From an uncultured Acidimicrobiaceae bacterium (lineage in GTDB: Bacteria > Actinomycetota > Acidimicrobiia > Acidimicrobiales > RAAP-2): DNA of 64,000 bases. Below the pieces are notes generated by a model. The model made no database searches, had not been told where the DNA came from, and worked only from the letters and a program-made list of their open reading frames with translations. Each line of letters opens with the position of its first letter. The stretch's first letter is position 1. Of the stretch, positions 39,669 through 46,785 are shown piece by piece. Location of the stretch: contig CAVURD010000035.1 of the NCBI GenBank assembly GCA_963743785.1, forward strand, positions 4,508 through 68,507, given 5' to 3'. A program made the translations under genes and the position numbers.

Positions 39669-39871
39669 GGATCAGAAAGTCCGACCGGATTGTTTCGGCA
39701 AAGACTTCATGCGTGTCACGGGCTGAGGCTAACCCCGTGACAGCCGAGGCGTTCTTCGCTCCGGTCTTCTTCGCGGTCTCCAGCGCTCCAACTGTCGTTG
39801 AACCTGGCGTGTCCTCGCACCGGCACCGCGTCATTCCCATCGCTCACTCCCATCACGGCGTACCGAGACCT

Positions 39872-40813
39872 ATGCTCGAACAAATGTCCTCCCAAGCCCC
39901 TGCCCTGGCGGGTCAGCGAGCGGGGTGGTCGACCGTCGGCGCCTATGTCGCCCTGACCAAGCCGCGCATCATCGAGCTGTTGCTGGTCACCACCTTGCCC
40001 ACCATGGTGGTGGCCCAGCGCGGCCTGCCGTCGCTCTGGCTGATGCTGGCCACCCTGGTCGGCGGGGCGCTGGCCGCCGGCGGGGCCAACGCCATCAACA
40101 TGGTGGTCGACCGCGACATCGACAAGCTGATGAAGCGCACCAAGGCGCGGCCGCTGGTCACCGGGGCCATGACGCCGAGGGCGGCCCTCGTCTTCGCCCT
40201 CACCTTAGAGGTGGCGGCGTTCGTCGAGCTGGCCCTGGCCGTGAACCTGCTCTCGGCCGTCCTGGCCGTCTCGGCCACCCTCTTCTACGTCTTCGTCTAC
40301 ACCTTGTGGCTCAAGCGCCGCAGCTCGCAGAACATCGTGATCGGCGGGGCCGCCGGGGCGGTGCCCGTCCTGGTCGGCTGGGCGGCGGTGACCGACTCGC
40401 TGTCGTTGGCCCCCGTCGTCCTCTTCGCCATCATCTTCATCTGGACCCCGCCGCACTTCTGGTCGCTGGCCGTGCGCTACAAGGAGGACTACGCCGCGGC
40501 CGACGTGCCCATGCTGCCCGTCGTCGCCTCCATGAAGCGCACCACGCGCGAGATCGTCCTCTACACCGTGGCGCTGGTCGCCGTCTCCCTCGTCGTTGGG
40601 CCCGTGGCCCACCTCGGCGCCATCTACACCGCTTCGGCCGCCGTGCTCGGCGCCGGGTTCTTGTTCATGACCACCAGGCTGTGGCGCCTGGCGCGCCGCG
40701 ACCGGGCCACCGGGCGCGAGGCCATGCGGGTCTTCAGCTACTCCATCACCTACCTGACGGTGCTGTTCGTGGCCATGGCCGGTGACGTGTTGATCATGAA
40801 TCACGTTCACTGA
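39872..40813 (+). CDS. ctaB: protoheme IX farnesyltransferase (heme O synthase)
   Basis: YVALTKPRIIELLLVTTLPTM...GGANAINMVVDRDIDKLMKRTKARPLVTG...IWTPPHFWSLA matches CtaB/CyoE. Confidence 0.9.
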   Translation: MLEQMSSQAPALAGQRAGWSTVGAYVALTKPRIIELLLVTTLPTMVVAQRGLPSLWLMLATLVGGALAAGGANAINMVVDRDIDKLMKRTKARPLVTGAMTPRAALVFALTLEVAAFVELALAVNLLSAVLAVSATLFYVFVYTLWLKRRSSQNIVIGGAAGAVPVLVGWAAVTDSLSLAPVVLFAIIFIWTPPHFWSLAVRYKEDYAAADVPMLPVVASMKRTTREIVLYTVALVAVSLVVGPVAHLGAIYTASAAVLGAGFLFMTTRLWRLARRDRATGREAMRVFSYSITYLTVLFVAMAGDVLIMNHVH

Positions 40814-41047
40814 GCAGGCCAGAGCACGTGGGCACGCGCCGGGCGGCGGACGGCGGGCGGCGGGCGGCGGGCGGTGGACGCCGGAGGGTGGACGACGGAC
40901 GCGGGTTTTCTCGGTCATCACCTCGGTCCCTGGCCGGCGCCGATCGCACCCACGTCGGGACCTCTTTCGCCCTCCGGCAATAAAACGAGGGTTTTCTTGT
41001 TATATTGACAGTAGAGCGAATCCTTCGTTCGAGAAGGGCGGCAGGCC

Positions 41048-41761
41048 ATGAGCGTGGCAATCGTGACAGGGGCGTCCCGGGGGCTCGGGGAAGCAATCAG
41101 CACGGGATTGGCCAGCACCGGGTGGTCGTTGGTCATCGACGGCCGGAACGCCGACGCCCTGGAGGCGACCGAGGACCGGCTGGCCCTGATCATGGCCGGG
41201 GACAACCTGCGTGCCGTGCCGGGCGACATCACGGACCCGGACCACCGCCGCGACCTGGTCGAAGCCGCCGCGGCGCTCGGGGGCCTCGATCTCCTCATCA
41301 ACAATGCGGGCACGCTGGGTGCCTCTCCCCTGCCGCCGGTGGCCGACTATCCCCTCGATGATTTCCGAGCCGCCCTCGAAGTGAACGTGGTGGCGCAGCT
41401 CGGACTGATCCAAGCCGCCCTCCCCCTCCTGCTGGCCTCGCCCCGACCCCGGCTCATCAACGTGACCTCCGACGCCGCCGTCGAGCCGTACGAAGGGTGG
41501 AGTGGCTACGGTGCCGGCAAAGCTGCCCTCGATCACCTCGGCGCCGTGCTGGCCGTCGAACGTCCCGCGCTCACCGTGTGGTCGGTCGACCCGGGCGACC
41601 TCCGCACGGCCATGCACCAGGCGGCCTTCCCGGGTGAGGACATCTCCGATCGACCCGAACCAGCCACGGTCGTCCCCGCCTTTTTGGATCTCATCGTGAG
41701 CGACCGTCCGAGTGGCCGCTACCGGGCCAACGACCTCGCCCCGTCCGAGCCGGCACCATGA
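41048..41761 (+). CDS. SDR family oxidoreductase
   Basis: MSVAIVTGASRGLGEAI, NNAG and YGAGKAAL motifs are present. Confidence 0.9.
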   Translation: MSVAIVTGASRGLGEAISTGLASTGWSLVIDGRNADALEATEDRLALIMAGDNLRAVPGDITDPDHRRDLVEAAAALGGLDLLINNAGTLGASPLPPVADYPLDDFRAALEVNVVAQLGLIQAALPLLLASPRPRLINVTSDAAVEPYEGWSGYGAGKAALDHLGAVLAVERPALTVWSVDPGDLRTAMHQAAFPGEDISDRPEPATVVPAFLDLIVSDRPSGRYRANDLAPSEPAP

Positions 41762-42832
41762 CGGCCGGCACCATGACGCCGCGGCAGCTGCCGCCCCTCC
41801 AGCCCCTGTCCTTCACGCTGCCGCCCGCCTTGGAGGCGCCGTCGCCGCCCGAAGCGAGGGGCATGACCCGCGACTCGGTCCGCATGATGGTGGCCCACCG
41901 GTCAGACCGTTCACTGGTGCACTCCCACTTCTCCGAGCTCCCCCGCTTCCTCCATGAGGACGACCTGGTGGTCCTCAATACCTCGGGCACCTTGGCGGCC
42001 GAGGTCGACGGCAGCGGTGCAGACGGTGAGCCCGTGCAGGTCCACCTCTCGACGCAACTGCCCGCCGGGCTGTGGACCGTCGAGGTCCGCCGGGATGGGC
42101 GCGCCTTTTTGGAAGCCGCCGCCGGGACCGTCATCCCTGCGCGGCGGCGGACAGGTGTCTCTCCTGACCCCCTATTCGCCCGGCCCCTCCGGTATCGGCG
42201 TCCGACTCTGGGTCGCCGTCATCGACACACCCGAAGCACTCCCCGCCTATTTGGCCCGGCACGGGCGGCCTATCCGTTACGGCTACGTCGAGGAGTCGTT
42301 CCCGATCTCGGCCTATCAGAACGTCTACGCCACGGAACCGGGCTCGGCCGAGATGCCGAGCGCAGGACGACCCTTCACTCCCGAGGTGTTGACCCGCCTG
42401 GTGGCCAAGGGGGTGGGCGTGGCCCCGTTGCTCCTGCACACCGGCGTGGCCTCGCTCGAGGCGAACGAACCGCCCTATGCCGAGTACTTCAAGGTGTCCT
42501 CGTCGACGGCGCATCGCATCAACGACGCTCGCCGCAGCGGTGGCCGCGTCATTGCCATCGGCACCACGGTGGTGCGCGCCCTCGAATCGGTGGTCGACGA
42601 GCGCGGGCGTGTGCACCCCGGTGAGGGCTGGACCGAGACGGTGGTGTCCCCGGCCCATCCGGTTCGCTCCATCGACGGCTTCCTCACCGGGTGGCACGAG
42701 CCCGAGGCCTCGCATCTGGCCATGCTCGAGGCCATCGCCGGGCGCCCCCTGCTCGAAGACTCCTACCGCGCCGCCCTGGCCGAGGGCTACCTGTGGCACG
42801 AGTTCGGCGACGTCTACCTGATCCTGCCATGA
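41758..42832 (+). pseudogene. queA: S-adenosylmethionine:tRNA ribosyltransferase-isomerase (QueA) family, frame break near 42135-42142
   Basis: LSFTLPPALEAPSPPEARGMTRDSVRMMV...HSHFSELPRFLHEDDLVVLNTSGTLAAEV, then LRGGGQVSLL...RPIRYGYV...YQNVYATEPGSAEMPSAGRPFT...IAIGTTVVRALES...GWHEPEASHLAML in the next frame. The break is consistent with an extra C in a CCC run. Confidence 0.8.
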
Positions 42833-43524
42833 TCGACGCGCCTGGAACTCCAGAGGCGGCACCCGTGCGGGCACCGCTCGATACGTTGCCGACCACCCGC
42901 CGGGCCATCCTCAACCTGCTCAAGCGCCAGGGTCCCCTCGCCGCCCACGCGCTGGCCGGCGAGCTCGGCCTCACCCCGTCGGCCATCCGCCTCCAGCTCG
43001 TCCACCTCGAGGAGGACGGGCTGCTCGAGCGCACCCAGGCGCTGAGCGGCACCGGGCGCGGTCGGCCGGCGCACCTCTATGCCCTCACCCCGGCGGCCGA
43101 GGCCCTCTACCCCAAGCGCTACGGCGACCTGACCACCGAGCTCCTGGGCTACCTCGACGGACCCGACGGGAAACAGGTCGACGCCCTCTTTGAGCAACGG
43201 CGCCGGCGGCGGGTGGCCGGGGCGCGGCCGCGGCTGGCCGATCTCTCGTTCACCGAACAGGTGGCGGCCCTGACCGCCATATTGGACGAGGACGGCTACC
43301 TGGCCGACGCCACCGAACAGCCCGACGGGAGCTGGCTCGTCACCGAGCACAATTGCGCCATCCTCACCGTGGCCCACGGTTTCTCCCAGGCCTGCTCGAG
43401 CGAGCTGTCCTTCATCCGCGACGCCATGCCCGGCGCCACCGTGGAGCGGGTGGCCCACCTCATGGATGGCGCCCACGTCTGCGCCTATCGCATCACTCCG
43501 AGGACGGAGACGGTCCCGGACTGA
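42829..43524 (+). CDS. winged-helix (ArsR/DeoR-like) transcriptional regulator with C-terminal Cys triad
   Basis: ATGA overlap with the queA-like gene. TRRAILNLLKRQGPLAAHALAGELGLTPSAIRLQLVHLEEDGLLER forms the wHTH. The C-terminal part has NCAILTVAHGFSQAC...HVCAY. Confidence 0.75.
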   Translation: MIDAPGTPEAAPVRAPLDTLPTTRRAILNLLKRQGPLAAHALAGELGLTPSAIRLQLVHLEEDGLLERTQALSGTGRGRPAHLYALTPAAEALYPKRYGDLTTELLGYLDGPDGKQVDALFEQRRRRRVAGARPRLADLSFTEQVAALTAILDEDGYLADATEQPDGSWLVTEHNCAILTVAHGFSQACSSELSFIRDAMPGATVERVAHLMDGAHVCAYRITPRTETVPD

Positions 43525-43750
43525 TATCGAGCACTTCGGCCCCGTCCACCTCGTGAATTTCGTTGCGCAGGAGCTCGACCAGGTGCTGACCGGCCAGCTC
43601 AATCACGAACTCGTCGACCGCGTTGCCCTCGACTCGCTCGAGAATGTTGATGGCCACGATGTCACCGCTCACCGCCCCTATTCGGCTGGCGACCAGTCCG
43701 AGGGCCCCGGGACGGTCAGGGAGTGCGATACGAACGACGTAGCCGGCCAT
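43493..43750 (-). CDS. ACT domain-containing protein
   Basis: MAGYVVRIALPDRPGALGLVASRIGAVSGDIVAINILE... is a classic ACT beta-alpha-beta start. Confidence 0.75.
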   Translation of the reverse strand: MAGYVVRIALPDRPGALGLVASRIGAVSGDIVAINILERVEGNAVDEFVIELAGQHLVELLRNEIHEVDGAEVLDISPGPSPSSE

Positions 43751-43802
43751 GGGCCCAGACGATAGGCGGTCTGTGTAAACAGACTGTTACGTGATGGGTG
43801 GG

Positions 43803-44492
43803 TCAATCGGTGGCCGGGCTCGGGACGGTGCGGGAGGGCACGTACTCATCGAGGTAGTCACGCTCGGACAGGCGGGCGATCTCGTGCATCAGGTCGTCGG
43901 TGAAGGCGCGGCACTGGGTGTGATCGTGCCCTTCCATGGGGTCCTCGGGGTTGACCGGCTCCTCCATCCGCATGGGCCGGCCGAAGCGAATGGTCACGGT
44001 CTTGAAAGGGCGCAACATGTTCGAGTTGACCGGCTGCACGTCCACCGTGCCCACCACGCCGACCGGAATGATGGGCACGCCGCACTCCCGGGAGAGCCGG
44101 GTCACGCCGGTGCGACCCTTGTGGACGTACCGGTCCACCGTGCGCGTGCCTTCGGGATAGAGGCCGAGGAGATGACCCTTGCCCAGCACCTCGTTGCGGG
44201 CCGTATCGAGGGCGCGCTCGGATGCGCTCCCCCCACCGCGTTGTATGGGGATCTGACCGGCCGCCCGGAAGAACCAGGCCGTCTTCCACGTGTCGAAGTA
44301 CTCCGCTTTGGCCAGGAAGGTGACCTTGCGGGTCACGACCAGCGGGATGAAGAAGGAGTCGCTGAACGACTGGTGATTGGAGGCCAGGACGGCTGGGCCC
44401 TCCTTGGGGATGTTCTCGCGTCCCTCCACCTTGACCCGCCACAGCAGAAAGAAGATCGGGGTCAGGATCGCTTTCAGTACCCAGTACGCCAC
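43803..44492 (-). CDS. plsC: 1-acyl-sn-glycerol-3-phosphate acyltransferase family
   Basis: NHQSFSDSFF (the HX4D motif), YPEGTRT and VPIIPVG are present. The GTG start at 44492 was chosen because the upstream part of the ORF is Arg/Gly-rich shadow sequence. Confidence 0.85.
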   Translation of the reverse strand: MAYWVLKAILTPIFFLLWRVKVEGRENIPKEGPAVLASNHQSFSDSFFIPLVVTRKVTFLAKAEYFDTWKTAWFFRAAGQIPIQRGGGSASERALDTARNEVLGKGHLLGLYPEGTRTVDRYVHKGRTGVTRLSRECGVPIIPVGVVGTVDVQPVNSNMLRPFKTVTIRFGRPMRMEEPVNPEDPMEGHDHTQCRAFTDDLMHEIARLSERDYLDEYVPSRTVPSPATD

Positions 44493-44570
44493 GCTTCCAA
44501 CGTAGCGCCGCACTCTCGTCGGTGCGCTGCTCCGACGCCCGCCCGGGCCCGCCCCGGCCCCGACCCGCCC

Positions 44571-44602
44571 GACGCCACACCGCCGCGACGCCACACCGCC
44601 GC
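44571..44602. repeat. perfect 16-nt tandem duplication GACGCCACACCGCCGC x2 (plus a partial third copy) in a divergent intergenic region
   Basis: Read directly from the sequence. It lies between the plsC start (44492, minus) and the SMP-30 gene start (44674, plus). Confidence 0.8.
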
Positions 44603-44673
44603 CACCCCGACGCCACCGCGGCGGCTGTGCTGTACTGCGGGGGCCGGGCCACCGGGCCCAAGGGAGGTGCACC

Positions 44674-45552
44674 ATGTCCGCTCGGACGCTGAGCGCAGAG
44701 CCGCTGATCTCGGGTCTCTACTTCGGAGAATGCCCCCGGTGGCATGACGGCCGCCTGTGGTACTCCGACTTCTTCGACCACGCCGTGTTCTCAATCTCAC
44801 CCGACGGCGATCGCCGTACCGAGGTGACCCTCGATGGCGAGCCGGCCGGCCTGGGCTGGTTGCCCGACGGAAGGCTCCTCATCAATTCCCGCCTCGACCG
44901 GGCCATTCTGCGCCAGGAGCCCGACGGGACCCTGGTGCGCCACGGCGAGCTCACCCCCTGGGCCACCTGGCACGCCAACGACATGGTGGTGGCCGACAAC
45001 GGACAGGCCTACGCCGGTAACTTCGGCTTCGACCTGGACGGCCTCTACGACGGCACGGTCAAGGCCAGCGAGATCCGCTCCACCTCGCTGGTGCGGGTCG
45101 ACCCCGATGGCACGAGCGTCGAAGCGGCCGACGACTTGGCCTTTCCCAACGGTACGGTCATCACCGACGATGGCGCCACCCTCATCATCGCCGAGAGCAT
45201 GGGCCGGCAGCTGTCCGCCTTCGAGCGTCGGAACGACGGCACCCTTACCAATCGCCGCGTGTGGGCCAGCTTCGAGGGCGTGGCCCCCGACGGCATCTGC
45301 CTCTGCGCCGACGGCACGGTGTGGGTGGCCAACGCCATGGGGTCCGAATGCGTGCGGGTGGCCGAAGGGGGCGAGATCCTCGAGCGGGTCACCACCAGTC
45401 AGGGCTGCTTTGCCTGCATGCTCGGCGGCGAGGATCGCCTCACGCTCTACCTCGTCACCGCCGCCTCCAGCGATGCCGCCAAGGCGCGGGCCGAGCGCAA
45501 CGGGGCACTCGAGCAGGTGCGCACCTCGGTCCCGGGCGCGGGACGGCCCTGA
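44674..45552 (+). CDS. SMP-30/gluconolactonase/LRE family protein
   Basis: GECPRWHDGRLWYSDF, NDMVVADNGQAYAGNFG, AFPNGTVITDDGATLIIAES and APDGICLCADGTVWVAN are present. Confidence 0.85.
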   Translation: MSARTLSAEPLISGLYFGECPRWHDGRLWYSDFFDHAVFSISPDGDRRTEVTLDGEPAGLGWLPDGRLLINSRLDRAILRQEPDGTLVRHGELTPWATWHANDMVVADNGQAYAGNFGFDLDGLYDGTVKASEIRSTSLVRVDPDGTSVEAADDLAFPNGTVITDDGATLIIAESMGRQLSAFERRNDGTLTNRRVWASFEGVAPDGICLCADGTVWVANAMGSECVRVAEGGEILERVTTSQGCFACMLGGEDRLTLYLVTAASSDAAKARAERNGALEQVRTSVPGAGRP

Positions 45553-45566
45553 GTCAGATCGTTTCC

Positions 45567-46013
45567 CTACGGGAGTGGGTTGCTGTAGAGCCGGGTGGGG
45601 TGCACCAGGACAGCGGTTCGGCGCTGTTCCGCCATGGTGCGGTCGTAGGCGTCCCAGTCGTCGTGGACACCGCCGGCGGCCGTGAAGACCTGGCGCAGGA
45701 GCGCGCGGAGTCCAGCGGCATCGATGTCGGGGTGGCTGTCGTCGGGGCCAATCAGCTCCGCCCGACCCTCGACGGCGATCCATTGCCAGCCAGCCCGAAA
45801 CGTGAGGCTGATCTGGGGACGAGCACGCAGGTTGGTCAGCTTTGCTCTGCCGTAGGTGACGAAACCAACCACCTCGGTGCCCACGACCGGATGGGCCAGA
45901 ACGCCCGCGTTGACGACCGAGGATTGGATCGTGGCGTCGGATCGAAGGGTTGAGACAACGGCCAGGAAGCTGCCCTGCCGAGCGACCTGCACCAGATCCT
46001 GAAGCGACGTCAT
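45567..46013 (-). CDS. PPOX-class (pyridoxamine 5'-phosphate oxidase-like) probable F420-dependent enzyme
   Basis: MTSLQDLVQVARQGSFLAVVSTLRSDATIQSSVVNAGVL...ISLTFRAGWQWIAVEGRAELIGPDD resembles the TIGR03618-like pattern. Confidence 0.75.
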   Translation of the reverse strand: MTSLQDLVQVARQGSFLAVVSTLRSDATIQSSVVNAGVLAHPVVGTEVVGFVTYGRAKLTNLRARPQISLTFRAGWQWIAVEGRAELIGPDDSHPDIDAAGLRALLRQVFTAAGGVHDDWDAYDRTMAEQRRTAVLVHPTRLYSNPLP

Positions 46014-46146
46014 ATGGCCATGGCCTCCTTCGATGCAGCCTAGGACTGCGAGCACGCCCGAGGCGCGGTGAGAGCGGAAAACCCGTTGAAATTGCCGGCG
46101 ATTGGCGTTACCGTGCCGTGACGCGGCTCCGGGGTGAAGGGAAGCC

Positions 46147-46443
46147 ATGGCCTTCGTCCAGATCATCGAGTTCACGACCACCCGACCGGACGAGGTCGAA
46201 GCACTGGTCGGTGAGTGGCGGAGCAAGACCTCCGGGCGCCGAACCGCCCAACGGGGCACCTTCACGCAGGACCGAGACCGCCCGGACACCTATGTGCAGA
46301 TCGTGGAGTTCGCGTCCTACGAGGAAGCGATGTCCAATTCGGATCTCCCCGAGACGGCGTCATTTGCCCAGAGCCTGGCCCAGCTGTGCGATGGGCCGAT
46401 GGTGTTCCGCAACCTGGACGTGCGCAGCGTCGAAGAGATGTGA
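46147..46443 (+). CDS. small conserved hypothetical protein (ABM/Dabb-like pattern)
   Basis: 98-aa ORF, MAFVQIIEFTTTRPDEVEALV...TYVQIVEFASYEEAMSNSDLPET... Confidence 0.6.
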   Translation: MAFVQIIEFTTTRPDEVEALVGEWRSKTSGRRTAQRGTFTQDRDRPDTYVQIVEFASYEEAMSNSDLPETASFAQSLAQLCDGPMVFRNLDVRSVEEM

Positions 46444-46454
46444 CGACGAGGACA

Positions 46455-46494
46455 CACCAGTACGAGAGGACCACCAGTACGAACACCAGTACGA
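46455..46494. repeat. three direct copies of CACCAGTACGA upstream of the DUF1059 gene
   Basis: Perfect 11-mers lie at 46455-46465, 46472-46482 and 46484-46494, 48-87 nt upstream of the ATG at 46542. Confidence 0.8.
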
Positions 46495-46541
46495 GCGGGA
46501 CAGACCGAGACGACCGGGACCTATCGAGAGAGGAGATCCGA

Positions 46542-46736
46542 ATGGGCCGAAAAATCGCCGATTGCCGGGACTTCCCGAGTGAGAGCGGCTGCACCCTCAC
46601 CATCTCGGGTGAGGAGGACGAGGTGATCACCGCGGCTACCCAGCACGCCGTTGCCGTGCACGGGCACCAGGACACCGACGAGGTACGAAGCTGGCTCCGT
46701 CAGCACTTGAAGGACGAAGTTCCGATCGGAGCCTGA
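46542..46736 (+). CDS. DUF1059 domain-containing protein
   Basis: RBS GAGAGGAG is followed by MGRKIADCRDFPSESGCTLTISGEEDEVITAATQHAVAVHGHQDTDEVRSWLRQHLKDE. Confidence 0.75.
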   Translation: MGRKIADCRDFPSESGCTLTISGEEDEVITAATQHAVAVHGHQDTDEVRSWLRQHLKDEVPIGA

Positions 46737-46785
46737 CGGGACCCGTTCCTGATCGCGCACCCATCGATGTGTAGCCAACAGCCCT

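Noticed and set aside
42829-43524. Calling the wHTH regulator SufR, the Fe-S cluster biogenesis regulator.
   Set aside because: The Cys spacing is suggestive, but no suf genes are nearby and I cannot verify family membership without a search. I kept the generic wHTH regulator call.
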